Origin: Histomonas meleagridis 2922-C6/04-290x
Lineage: Eukaryota; Protista; Parabasalia
Assembly (NCBI GenBank): GCA_020184695.1
Contig: JAANOX010000069.1
Location: 124,001-188,000, forward strand
Length of the DNA: 64,000 nucleotides
Reading direction: 5' to 3'
The notes under the pieces are model-generated. The model ran no database searches, was not told the DNA's origin, and saw only the letters and a program-made list of their open reading frames with translations. A program made the translations under genes and the position numbers. How positions within the stretch are numbered: position 1 is the first letter of the stretch; each line of letters begins with the position of its first letter. Shown one piece after another: positions 45,220 through 57,830 of the stretch.

Positions 45220-45519
45220 TTTAAAAACTTTCGGTGAAGTGACTTAACGTAAAATTTTATGGGTTAACAGCATTTTAAGCAGGAAATATTTCCAATTGCA
45301 TCTAAATGTTAGTAAATCTGCATGGTAACTCAACATTTGTATTTGAGGTCCAATCACGTGATATCATTTCTTCATTTTAGAAAATAACAGAAGACATCCT
45401 TCGATTGGACAGAAGCTTTTGAGTACACTCAAAATATTTTGAGAAGTTTACATAATTTTCGCATTATAAAAGAAAATGATGTCTTTAATATTTTATTGTC
45501 TATTCTTTCAATATTGATT

Positions 45520-45670
45520 ATTATTTTTTGTCTTTTTCATCAAGTAATTTCTTTGTTACCTTTTTCACATGTTAGCATAAGTGCTGTTTGAAATATTAAA
45601 AATGATTTCCAAACATTATTTTGAAATTAAAAATTAGTAAAATAATTAATGTTAATTAAAATAATTAATG
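45520..45670 (-). repeat. Orphan spacer plus decayed terminal ankyrin repeat (site E)
   Basis: Reverse strand reads ...TTTCAAAATAATGTTTGGAAATCATTTTTAATATTTCAA-ACAGCACTTATG (TALMLTCEKGNKEI); repeat starts at 45587, with TGG exactly 21 nt upstream as in the other arrays. Confidence 0.7.
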
Positions 45671-47099
45671 TCATATGAATTCACAGCAGATTGAGCTTGT
45701 GATTTAATATTGTTTTCATTTCAATTATAAATAATTTTTTTTTAGACTTATTGAATAAGTAATATATTCTTTTGCAGAAGTCTGCTCATGTTTGTTTGTT
45801 TGTGTAGTGTTAATGCTAAGCCCCATATTATCTTTATGGAGGAAAACAAAAAATTAAATCTTTTGTAAGAAATGTATATAAATCCGTTAATAAATTGGCA
45901 TCTCAGACGTTAAAATGCATTTATTTCTTCTGAACGATAGGAACACTTTTTGGTGAAGACATTTGATATGAAAAGCATGACGTCATTTGTGTACTTTATA
46001 TCGATTAACACAAAGCCGTAAAATCTTTCTTTATTTGCTGATTTTAGAACACACCACATCTTCAAAGACATAATAAACGCATATTAACGTTCTTTATCTT
46101 ACTCAATTCCCATGTATTACGTGATAATGTTGAAATTGATCGGGCCTCGGAGTCGAATGCAGTTATTGGAGCATTCCTCTAAATTGCTGAGGTCTTGATG
46201 TTATTAGCACGCGTAAAGCAAAGAATTCAAAATTTGATACTCAATACGACGACAAAATAGCGAAACTTCAACTGATTCGACGCATTAAGAACAATATTCA
46301 AGAGAAGAAACAACGGAAAGAAGTTACAATTACGCAACTTAAGACAGAATTAACGAAAATGAAATTATTTGTTAAACAATGCTGAACATATATTACCATT
46401 ACCGCAAATTAATGAAGAAGAACTTAAAAACATTGGATCACTTCGACATATCCAAAATGTGATATCGAAACCATCAACATTTAAATGATAACGAAAGTAA
46501 TTTCATGAAAAAGAATATTTCGACGATATTAATATTGCTAAACAAAAGGAAAACTTTCGAAACATTTCATTAATAAATCACTCGAAAGATGCAATTAAAC
46601 ATCCGAAGAAAGAAAACAAATATAAATTTTATTCTGAATTGGCGTTACTAAACAATTACTTGTTGAAGCTGAAACATTAATTAAATCGAATACTGAAGAA
46701 TATGATCAAATGAAATGAAATATACGAAAATTTTCGAATGAAGAAGAAGTAACAATTATCAGCATAAGTCACATTAATATAACTAAATGAATTAAATCAT
46801 CAAGTGGAATTACATGTTAAAGAAGAAATTTATCAACAGATTCAGAATTAGAAGAAAAGATATTAAAAATTCGACTTGAAACAATTCAACATGTAATTCA
46901 AAAATGTGAATACGAAGCAGCAGCGCTGCACCTGAATATTGTTTGATTCTTGAAAGAAAAGGAATAAATAAAATAAATTTAATTTCATTAACAGTTCTTC
47001 GCTATAATTTTCAGAGAAGTACTTCTCACTTTAATGGATTTCTTGAAAGTTATAAGTTCGATGTGTTTCTTTTCTTAATTCCTTTTACTGAAAAACAAT

Positions 47100-47720
47100 C
47101 AGCAGCAAATCATTTAGAGAGTGTTATAATATGACATCAATCACTATTGAAGAAGGAGTTGAAGAAATTTGTGATTATGTTTAGCAACAATGGATTTCAT
47201 TCCCAAATATTTCAATTACATCAATTTCTAACACTGTATTTTCAGGATGATAATGTATCATTAAATAATTCAAAATATTCTAATTATGATAATGATGGAA
47301 TTCTTTATAACAAAAACATCACAGAACTTCATTAGTAACCAAATGGGGAAGAAACAAAATCATTTCCAAACACTGTCACAGCCATTCGTTCATTATCATT
47401 TGAAGGATCTCCAATACGAAATATTACAATTTCAAATAAAATTAAAACAAATGAATCAAGAGCATTTTATTTATGTTCCGATTTGATTACAGATAATATT
47501 GAAGAAGGCGTTGAAACAATTGGAGAAACAGCATCTGCATTATATACTTCGTTGCCAAATATTACAATTCCAGGAACAATTAAAACAATTGGATCATAAG
47601 CATTTTACACATGCTCTATTTAATATTGAAGAAGGAGTTAAATAAATTTGAATTTGCAATTTCAGGGAGTAAATAATCTCAAAAGCATTTATTATTATAG
47701 TGAAACAGAACCAAAGGATT
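47100..47720 (+). pseudogene. Decayed BspA-like (TpLRR) leucine-rich-repeat gene
   Basis: Fragments such as IEEGVETIGE and IPGTIKTIG interrupted by stops and frameshifts. Confidence 0.6.
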
Positions 47721-48085
47721 TAAACTAATAATTGTTTCATACAATATAATCATATGTATATAATGAGATGTTTAAATCATGTCTATTGAAAATCATTAAT
47801 TTGATAACGATAAAAAATGATTAATAACATCAAAAACACACCATTTTAATCGCCAAATTCAGCTCTATCACGTTGCGTTCATTATGTTATATAAAAGTGT
47901 CTTTATAACCATTTAAAGCAGCATCTTTTATGGGTGCCTTTAAATATTGAAACAAAAATTCTGTGTTGAATTGAAAAACTTCAAGAAAACAACAAATTTT
48001 TTATTGATTAACCGTGTGATTTTTAACTTTTGTATTGGCCGATGTGTATTTAGTAAAGGTCTGTAAGTATATTACAAGCTGAACC

Positions 48086-49966
48086 ATGATAATCCTTCAT
48101 TTACTGTTCATTTCGAACGTAGCAAAGCAATATAGAGCCGATACAATACCAGGATTTCCATTTTTTGCTACCACAAAAATATCAAATATGAAAAAGAACC
48201 TAAGCAAAGAAGGTCTCACTCATACACACAAAGCAGGAGATTCAATCTTTGAAGTTAATATCGAAAATTCTGATATATTTAACAATAATTCTTCTATCGT
48301 TAAAACTAGTTTATTCTTAAATTTCATGACTGACAGTAAGTTTCCATCAATAGTACTTCATGATTTTAATGACAAAATAAAATTCCCAGAAACATATTAT
48401 TCATTTACACAAAATAAATCCTTTTTAACCAGAATCTTTGTTGAAAACAATATACCAAGACAAATAATGAATAGATGTTATGGGAATATACCTTTAATCC
48501 AGTATAAATTTCTTTGTTTTTTGTTGATGCAAAACGACAAAGACCGACCAAATAAATTCAATGCTTTTGTTCGTTTAACCGCATTTTTTTCAATGATATT
48601 GGAAGTTTATATCAATTTATATCAGAAAAAATCAGTTTTGCAGAAGTTGTTTTTGTTCAACGATGAATTGAAAGCAAACGAAAGGAAAAAACAGAAAAAT
48701 ATTTTAATTTTTGGAATATTTTTCATAAACTCTTATCAAATATATAATGAAGATAATTTAACACTTACAATCAAAAATTCAAATGAATTTTATGAAATTT
48801 CTCAATATAAAAACATAACGAAATTTATAATTATCAGTGAAAATATTTATTCAATTCCAAGTAATTCATTTTCAGAATGGCCTTCAGTCGTTTCAGTTGA
48901 TTTTGGTAACTCAGTATCAAATATTGGAAGTTCAGTATTTTCGTCATGTTCTAATTTAGAAACGATTATAATTGGAGAAAATGTTACAGAAATTGGTGGT
49001 GGAGCATTTTCATTGTGTTCATCAATCAAAAACATTACAATTCCAAATTCAGTTACAACAATTGGAAATTCAGCATTTTCATTATGTTCTAATTTAACAT
49101 TATTAATACTTGGCTATGGAATAAAAAATATTGGAGGTTCAGCATTTGGGAATTGTTATAATCTTCAATGCATTTATTATTATGGAGACAAAGAACCAGA
49201 AATTGGTGAAGGTGCATTTTATAATGTTTTTACAAGTGTTATCACATATCCAACATATGTAGGAAGTAAATTTGGAAATTTAGATGTTGCCAAAGAAAAC
49301 ACAGAAGGAACATGTGAACCACTTCCAACACATTCATTTAGACAGTCGAATACATTTGGTGTAAGTAATACGTATTCTATTCCAAACACATATTTTGAAT
49401 CATGTACATATTCACAATTAAGTACATTCAGTCGAAGTTACACATTTTCTAAATCAAATACATTTACTGAATCATTACTTCAAAATGATTTAACGCAATC
49501 TTTTTCATATTTATTAACAATTACATTGTCAATTACACATTCATTTACTTATTGTGAAACACAAACGAAAACAATTTTATTAATTTCAAGTGATTCAATG
49601 TATATTCATATCGAAACAGAATATATTTATTACGATTACACAGTTATTGTTTATTCGACATATTATAATTATTATTCGAATTTCTTCACATTTGTTAATA
49701 GAAATGAAATTCATTCAAATGATAATAAAACAATAATTATCATAATAATCGTTTGTGTGATTGTTATTATTGTTATAATTTCATTACTTATTATATTATT
49801 GATTCGAATTAAAAATAAAAAAGAAGAAATTGACGAAAATGAAACTTCAGAACAAAAAAATGATAACCAAACAAACACATTCACAACAGGAATATCTATT
49901 TCAAATATTGAAGAAGATCCTTTTGCTGATGATTTTAAAGAAGATAAATTCATTGAGCAAATGTAA
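48086..49966 (+). CDS. BspA-like LRR surface protein with S/T-rich stalk, TM and acidic tail
   Basis: TpLRR repeats (IGENVTEIGGGAFSLCSSIKNITIPNSVTTIGNSAF), Ile-rich TM, tail EEDPFADDFKEDKF. The true start is uncertain. Confidence 0.8.
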   Translation: MIILHLLFISNVAKQYRADTIPGFPFFATTKISNMKKNLSKEGLTHTHKAGDSIFEVNIENSDIFNNNSSIVKTSLFLNFMTDSKFPSIVLHDFNDKIKFPETYYSFTQNKSFLTRIFVENNIPRQIMNRCYGNIPLIQYKFLCFLLMQNDKDRPNKFNAFVRLTAFFSMILEVYINLYQKKSVLQKLFLFNDELKANERKKQKNILIFGIFFINSYQIYNEDNLTLTIKNSNEFYEISQYKNITKFIIISENIYSIPSNSFSEWPSVVSVDFGNSVSNIGSSVFSSCSNLETIIIGENVTEIGGGAFSLCSSIKNITIPNSVTTIGNSAFSLCSNLTLLILGYGIKNIGGSAFGNCYNLQCIYYYGDKEPEIGEGAFYNVFTSVITYPTYVGSKFGNLDVAKENTEGTCEPLPTHSFRQSNTFGVSNTYSIPNTYFESCTYSQLSTFSRSYTFSKSNTFTESLLQNDLTQSFSYLLTITLSITHSFTYCETQTKTILLISSDSMYIHIETEYIYYDYTVIVYSTYYNYYSNFFTFVNRNEIHSNDNKTIIIIIIVCVIVIIVIISLLIILLIRIKNKKEEIDENETSEQKNDNQTNTFTTGISISNIEEDPFADDFKEDKFIEQM

Positions 49967-51249
49967 TTTTGAAAAATATATAATAAAATATCGTATAGTC
50001 TGGATGAAAATCATTTTTTTTTTACATCGTATTCTTTATTTTTTGTTTCATATTTTTTAATAATTTTAATTTTATGAATTTAAATAGTATATGAAATACA
50101 AATGTATATGTGATGGAATATAAATATCTTAAATAACTTTGGCTTAAAGTGAAAATGTATTTGGATATATAAATGTTGCTAATGATTTGCATTCGTTCGT
50201 TGATCTTGTTATATTATTGATTTTTTTGTTTTCATAATCATATATTAAGTCATTGAGTTTTAATCGAAGAAAAATTATAACATAATTAAATTATATTTGT
50301 ATTTAATAAGTATTTTCAATTCATCTTATTGAAGCAAACGTAAATCCTAAAGAATATTCTTAAAAAAAAAACGATGTTTATAAACATCTATTTTTCATTC
50401 ATGTTTATGTATATTTGATTTTTGTGTAGTTTTTTAATTATATATTTTGATAATGATATCCTAAATAAAAATACATGTTAATGTAAATAATACAAAGATA
50501 ATATTGATGTGTTATTATTGATAAAAAATTGTAATAATCACTCAAATTTCTTTCTCGAATTAGGGCTTTATAATAATATTTTTCGATATATATAGAAATA
50601 TCATAAATAATCATTTTTCAGAATATTTTTGATGCATCATATTCGATTGATAGTGAGATATTTGAATTTGTGCAAACGTTTTTAACTTTGTATCGTGGAG
50701 GTTATATGGTAAAATTACCCTTACGTTTTCGGTTTGTTCATTCGTTTTATAAAAACGATCAGCATTTAACCGCCATAATGGTTAACAAACAAACATTTTT
50801 TCGCAACTGTTGTCATCTTATTTCAATGAAAATAGATTCCTTGTATGAAAAAATTGGAAAAAAATTCTTAAAAACATCCGGTTCGCACTGAGATTTATTT
50901 AAATATGAAAATTCATTTTAAATACATATAAAAAAAATGGAATTTCTCATAAAAAATTAAAATTTAATAGAAAAATGTATAAAACTGTGCACCATGGTGG
51001 GCATTTTTTTTCTGCCAAGGTAAAAAGTCATTTGTATTTAAAATTTAAATAATTCTTTTACAAGGAAAATTGATTTCAAATCAATCAACAACAATTCTGC
51101 CAACGCACAATTTATGTATAAAAAAATATGTCATTAAAAAAATCACAAGACAATTTTTGAAAAATCGTCTAATTTTAACTTTAATGAATGAAGAAAAAAA
51201 TACATTTCTTTGGTGCTTTTCGAAAAATCTACTTATTGTCAAATGACTT

Positions 51250-51663
51250 TTAGTAAGTCCAAGAACTACCATCCATGTACTTGCATCCTCTCTCACATGC
51301 TTCATATTGTTCTTCAGGTTCACCAAGGTCAGTTGTGTGCGCACGACACATGGATTTGCAGCCTGATAAACTTCCATAGCGAGCTGGATATGAGCAGCAA
51401 CCGTAATCGCAATTATAGTATTTATGAGTGTTGCCGTAATTTCTGCGGCAAGAATCTTTGCAATCACCTCTAACAACAACATAGTCCCAATTTTTCTCAG
51501 GTTTGATGGTTTGTTTTGGTTTTGTTATAAATTTCACTTGCTTCTTACTTTGTACAAGACAGCCTACCTTGCAAGCATGTTCTAATGATGTGCTATTAAA
51601 TTTTTCGCAAAAATTGAAGCATTTTTTGCTTGAGGCAACAAAACACAGCAAAAAAGAAAGCAT
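51250..51663 (-). CDS. Small secreted cysteine-rich protein with three CxxxC...CxxGC units
   Basis: First ATG at 51663, signal-like MLSFLLCFVASS; units CFNFC..CKVGC, CKDSC..CDYGC, CKSMC..CERGC. Confidence 0.7.
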   Translation of the reverse strand: MLSFLLCFVASSKKCFNFCEKFNSTSLEHACKVGCLVQSKKQVKFITKPKQTIKPEKNWDYVVVRGDCKDSCRRNYGNTHKYYNCDYGCCSYPARYGSLSGCKSMCRAHTTDLGEPEEQYEACERGCKYMDGSSWTY

Positions 51664-51780
51664 CAATGTCAAATTGACAAACTGCCCGATACAAAATTAA
51701 TTGAATACTAATCGTTGTCATATGACGAAGCAACGATCAAACAGTTCAATTTTATAATGATCCAAACGTTTGGATAAATC

Positions 51781-52068
51781 AGAGGTACTAAAACTCAAAA
51801 TCCTGCAATATTTTTTCAACGATAATTTTATGTTAAGGATAACATTGGGAGGAGATTACAAAAATACCCTCGTTTCGAAATTCGATCTGATTTCGACCAT
51901 ACTTTTTCTGGAATTTTGGATTATTTCCTATATAGTAATGTTGCATATTAGATGTGTTTATTTTCTGAACTATTATCCTTTATCATTTTCATTAAAAATT
52001 TTGAGAAAAAGTGAAAATATATGAAAAAATCAACTTAGTCGATAATAAATCGAGTGCAACTTTTTATA
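51781..52068 (+). repeat. Dispersed ~290-bp non-coding repeat, copy 2
   Basis: Aligns with 16950..17261; its end abuts the TIR at 52064. Confidence 0.85.
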
Positions 52069-55000
52069 TTAAGTGGCGGTGGTCTTTATTTATTTATGAA
52101 TAAAAATATATGATTTGTTATTTAAAAGAATGTGATTGTTAAATTTAAATATTTTTTGCATTAATTTTTATGAATGATTAAAATTTTGATGAAGTGAAAA
52201 AAATAATGTGAAGTGATTTTTTCTTTATTTATTTTTTTATTTTTTTATTCGAATTTTTGGGTGTCTACTTAATTATTTGAATATCTTAAGTTAACTGATA
52301 TCACTGCTATTGTTTCTTTAATGTTATCATAATATTTCTGGATCCATTCGAGCATATTTTGCTTTGTTTTTGTATCATATTTGAAGAATGGAATTTGATA
52401 GTATTCAGAACAATTTACGATGATATCCTTCAGAGTACGACATAATAACTTATTTCCAAATAATTTCTTTAAATCAATTATTATTTCTTCATTAATTGAA
52501 GGATATTTCCTTCTTATCTTTAACCTTCGAGAATCTTCGATAAAGCATATCTTATCCATTGATACTTTGGATTGTGTAAGATTTCTATCATTTAAACCTG
52601 TCTGAACAGACAAGGTAACTGCATTAATACTCAAAGAATTCATTATTCTTTTTGTACTAAAATAAAATGTATCAAATAATATTTGAAAAAATTCTTCCAC
52701 GATTTTAGAATGATTACCCATAATGATATCAAAATTTTCTACATTAACAATAGGTTTTTCTACTATGAATCCTGCTTCAATTAATAGTGAATAAGCTATT
52801 GTCCTTCCATCATATGGAAATAATGATTTATCATATTTATTGTTCGAAATTGTAATTCCAAATGATGATGTTCTTTTAAAAACCTTTGAAGGTTGTAATT
52901 CTTGGTCTGTTATGCTAGCTATTATTTGATCAGTTGATATTCTTTTGAATGCTGATCTTAGGGTTTTGAACATACCCATTTTTATTTTTAAACATCCAAA
53001 TTGATGTTCAAGAGGATTTGACGTAAATCTATTTAAGCTTTTTTTGGCATTCATATCTTTTAAAAGTAATGTAACAAATGAATGAATTGTATTACGACAA
53101 TGAACACATAAATTCTCATCAAAAAGTGTTAAAGCAACAATATTTTTCATTTTTCTTTGTTTAATTCCTGTGTCTAATTTTGTTTTCTTTATAAATTTAT
53201 TATAATATATAAACATTAAAAAACAAATGATTTCAAATAGCGAAATTCTTTTGCTTAAATTTATATTGTCATTAGACATTGCTTCTATGAATATAGACCA
53301 TGGTAAGAAATATAATAATGCTGAAAAATTATGTTTCTCATATAGCATTATAGTATTGTTAATAGAAAATAGAGAAATGGGAAGAATATCGTGCATTTTT
53401 GTGATTTTAGAGTTATTAATTAAAATCGGTAATAAATTTAAATCTTCCCGTATTTTGGAAATGTCAATGATTGGTGAATTTTGATTAAATCCAATAGTTA
53501 ATAATACGTCTTTAAGTAAACGATATCTTGCACGTTTGAGTATATGAAGGGATCACTAATATATCGGAAGAAAACTTTTTTTGCAATTTCAACAATTGAA
53601 GTTGTGTAATGTTCAGCAACACATTCATATTGACCAAAGAACGAATTATGATAAGAATCATAGCAATTATCACCATCAAAGGCAAATCCAAGAACATATA
53701 TTTTATGATTTTTTAATTTATTACGTAATGTTTCGAGTGTTTCACATTGAATATTTGTTGCTTTCCCCTGGGGTGAAGGAGAAAAATGAATTATTGAGCA
53801 CGAATAATCTGGATTTATAGGTTGAATGTAATAAACAAAGGCATAATTTATTATTATTTTATTCCAATTTATCATTTAAGAATTTATCCATTGTTGTGCA
53901 TTTTCGCAGAAAAATTGATAAGGATTTTTAATATTTTGTAAAACTTCTTTTTTTAAACCAATAATTTCATTATCTTTTGTTATAGTCACATCGGGCGAAA
54001 ATGCTATTGCGTCAATACTTAAAATACAATCCATTGGAGCTGAACGAAAAATATTAATTTGATTGTCTTTATAATCATTTATGATTCCATCTATTTGATT
54101 AATATCAATCAAAGACTTAAAACGTTCATTGATTGAATTTGCTAAATGATTATGTATTAATGTATAAGGAGATAATGGATTAAAAAATCTAATATAACGT
54201 AAAGCTTGTGGCGAAATCGAATTAATATTAAATGCTAATTGATAAATTTTTTCATCATATCTTCTTGCATTTGGGTGAACTCCAAAATTTCTCAATATTG
54301 AATTAATAATTTCATCATATTCTTCATTTTCTGAATTAATATCTTCATTTCTCTCTATGTTCGAAACACATTTGACACTTTTCGCTTCATAAAGTCTTCT
54401 ATAAATACGTGCTTGTCTTTCTGCCTTGATCCGCTTTTGTCTTTCTCTCGCTAATTGCAAGGCTTGTCTTGATTTTTCCATGATAAAAAATAAAAATGAT
54501 GTGAACGAAAAATTTCCATATAATTTCAATGGCATTGAATGAAAAACAACTAGATGCATTCAAATCAGTAAAATTTTAATTCAAGAAGCTTTTTGTAAAG
54601 TATTCAATTTATTTTTTTGGGAAACATACCAAAAAGAATTGCACATAAAAAAAATTCAGCAGTCCAAATCCTTAGATAGGTCTGATTATAAATGAATAAA
54701 TCCTAAACTTCATAGTTAGTCGGGTCCCATTAAAAAACTATTGCACGATTTTTTTTTATTATTAAAAAAATGAGAAAAAAGCACCCATTTCTTTATCAAA
54801 AAAATTAAAAAATTATTTTTTTTCATCAAAAATGTATATTATAAAAAACCATATATGTGGAAAGAAAGCAAATTGATCATAGATTATTTTACACATTTAA
54901 AATTTATTATGATTTATTTACTTTTGACATCATTTCTAAATTATTAATTCGGAAAATTGAAATTTAATTTCATTCAAGCAATGCGTTCGTGAAACAAAAT

Positions 55001-55210
55001 AAAACATCTCTAATTAAAAAAATTTTATATTTAAAATCATCACATAAGAAAAAAATTCGAAAAAACCGATTTTCGAGCACTTTTTGATATTCAAACCATA
55101 GATATTCTAATAAATAATTAAAATTATCGAAATATATATATATATAATTTAATATTCATTATGTATTAATATTATAGCTAGAAAAAAAAGACCACCGCCA
55201 TTTCATATAA
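52064..55210 (-). mobile_element. TIR DNA transposon with P-element/THAP9-like transposase
   Basis: Left end TTATATTAAGTGGCGGTGGTCTTT (52064-52087); right end in reverse complement TTATATGAAATGGCGGTGGTCTTT (ends 55210), 22/24 identical. No clear TSD. Confidence 0.75.
52269..54559 (-). pseudogene. Disrupted P-element-like DDE transposase
   Basis: LSIDAIA, FAFDGDN, SDP/HILKRARYRL (across a frameshift near 53550), KMHD.LP and NPLEHQFG motifs; premature TAA at 53876-53878. Confidence 0.72.
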
Positions 55211-56527
55211 TTTTTTACTAAGATTTTAAAAAAAAGTGAGAAAAAAATACAAAAAATTGAATGAAAAAAAATTATGCTTTTAATTTTATGAATTACCATA
55301 TATAAAATATAATTTACATCAAAAATAATAAAGATTGGTCATCAAAAATATATATTTGGAAAAACTCGATTTCGAAATTTTGATTTTGATCCGGATATTT
55401 TTTTCCCAATTTGAAAGCAGATTTTTATTCATGTGTTGATAAGGATCTAATAAAAATCAAAAAATTGACCAGAATATGTTTATTTCCTCAGTTTGAGAAC
55501 TCTCACATAAAATCAAATTCGAAGATGGGAATTTAAATTATAATTTAATATTCTTAACTTGGACCTCTGATAAATCTCAGTATTTCTTGATATTACAAAT
55601 TCTATGAATATAAAATTTATAAACTTTGAAACCTGTTAATTAATTTTTGTTTAATGCATATGCGTTAATTTATTCTTATATAGAAGAAAAGTATAATTTT
55701 AACTATGAATTTCATCATTTGAATACCGAATTAACCCATGCAAAACTTTTTTCAAATCAACTAATTCATATATACAAAAGAAATTTCTATTTAGAATAAC
55801 CAACATTGCAAAGGCTTCTTTATGAATTTATATATTTTATTTGTAAAAATAATTTTTTATATTAATATATTTTCACTTTTATTCAATAGTTTACTTGAAA
55901 TTTAAGCTCAAAATGATCGGCTATTTGCATATGTTTTGTCTTTTTGTTCAGAAAAATCAACATCGACACACATTTTTTGATATATTTCAAACAAAATATT
56001 AATGAAAGGAATGGGGTGTTTATTTAAGTTTTTCTTATTTATATGCAAAATCTAAGTAAAACTATGTTTTTAATAAGATATTTTTCTGCTATAATCAAGG
56101 TTATTCAGAACGATAGCTTTGTGAAATGAGAATGATTCAGCAGAACACCAACAAGAAGACTCAAAAAATAAAAAATTTGAAATGAGTATTCCAATGTTTA
56201 TTAACTTGAATAAATGGGTTCTAAATAATGGTGAATAAGACTCGAACAACTAAAAAATATCTAAACAATAATCACATAAGATACAAACAACTAAACGAGG
56301 TACAAATAACAATTAATTGAGGCACATTAACTTGCAGTTGGATAAACAAGATGTATTAAATGAATAAATAAAATCTAAAGAAATATTAAATGAGATACAA
56401 ATGAATGAGGAAGATGGATTAAATGACTAAATGGGGGTATTAAATAGATATGTGAGCATCAAAAGAAAAAGAAATATGTGCTAAAAGAATAAATGATTAA
56501 AAGTTGTATTAAATAAGTATCAGGTAA

Positions 56528-56872
56528 CTAAATATGGTGTATTAACTGGGTGAACAAGTTACAAATGAATAAATAAGATAGGTACATATTGAATGGATGT
56601 AGGTTCAACTTGTTGTTAATGTTAGGTCCAATCCTAACTGTTTCTAATGTTGTACATTGCAAAAATACATTTTTAAGGAGGGCTTTTAAGTTGTTTGAAA
56701 GTATAATGGATTTCAAACTTATACAAGTTGCAAATGCAGTATCATAAAAATATCCATATGAATCTTTCTGTAAAGTTATATTTTCTAATGAAGTGCAATC
56801 CAAAAATACATTCACGTAGATGGTTGTAGGAAATAATAATGTGGAGGATGATGAAATGGTTACACTTTTCAA
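56528..56872 (-). pseudogene. BspA-like LRR fragment
   Basis: FLDCTSLENITL, FATCISLKSIIL, FLQCTTLETV repeats; no signal peptide or TM. Confidence 0.55.
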
Positions 56873-56946
56873 ACTTGTACAATATGCAAATGCACCTGAT
56901 TCAATGCCACTAGTCTTTAAAGGAAAAAATTATTAAAAAAAATCCT

Positions 56947-57510
56947 TTATTGTGTATTTTTTTTTCGCCTTTCAAGAATTGCTTGGTAGACATCTTTAAT
57001 TGATTGAAATGTAAAGAAAGTTTCGAATCCTTCAAATCCCGGATATCCTTTGAAAAATTGTGACAGATCTAATCCAGGCTGAAGTTTTTCATACTCTTCC
57101 GCTTGGATGAGCATTTCAAGTTTATCAAGTTGCTTAACAAACTTAGCTTCAATAGTTTTGCCTTCTTCCATTTCTAGCCAAAGCTTTTGCATGTAATCAT
57201 CCTCTAAACTTTCTGTGATATTTGTAAATGCTGAATTTTCGCGATTAAATTTATCAGATTCTGTTACACCATCAAAGGGTGTGATATCACTAACAATTGA
57301 CTCAGCAAGGTCATGAATAAGAGCCATTTGTACGGCTTTTTCACGATTAACTTCAGGCGGACATAATGTCATCGCAAGAAAAGCAGTTCTCATAGAATGA
57401 TCGGCGACGGATTCAGGATCATTAACATGATTTTTAACCCAACCTGTTCGCGGAATTCGCTTGAGAATCCCACAAAGCTCTATAGCATGGTCGTACTTTG
57501 TGCTCTGCAT
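56947..57510 (-). CDS. HD-domain 5'-deoxynucleotidase-like protein (HDDC2/YfbR family)
   Basis: LKRIPRTGW...PESVADHS...ALIHDLAESIVSDITP...EAKFVKQLDKLEM; first ATG at 57510. Confidence 0.88.
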   Translation of the reverse strand: MQSTKYDHAIELCGILKRIPRTGWVKNHVNDPESVADHSMRTAFLAMTLCPPEVNREKAVQMALIHDLAESIVSDITPFDGVTESDKFNRENSAFTNITESLEDDYMQKLWLEMEEGKTIEAKFVKQLDKLEMLIQAEEYEKLQPGLDLSQFFKGYPGFEGFETFFTFQSIKDVYQAILERRKKNTQ

Positions 57511-57830
57511 CCTGGTAATTTTCACTTTTTGAGGTCTGTAAATCATTTAAATTCATTTTAAAATCAAATGAAAAAAGTATGAAAATTATAATCAATGAAA
57601 GATAATTGGTCAATATTGAAATAAAAAAATATAAACTCATTGTTATATAATATATTCTTTACAAGTTAACATAGTAACACTCTCCAATGATAAATTATCA
57701 CCACACAGAGTTATATATAAGTAAGCGATATGTATTGTATGTTGAAGAATTGTGTTTAAAAGTATGTTAGGTGAATACATAATTAAGCTTTAAATTTAAA
57801 TATTTTGAAAAAAAGATTTATATTGATTTT

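Noticed and set aside
46200-46950. Decayed coiled-coil-like coding sequence
   Set aside because: Codon-like texture, but many stops and no recognisable motif; cannot be assigned.
55491-55503. Possible outer TIR (reverse complement AGAGTTCTCAAAC) matching the start of the 300-bp repeat
   Set aside because: Only ~13 bp with an indel, no extension and no TSD; too weak in AT-rich DNA.
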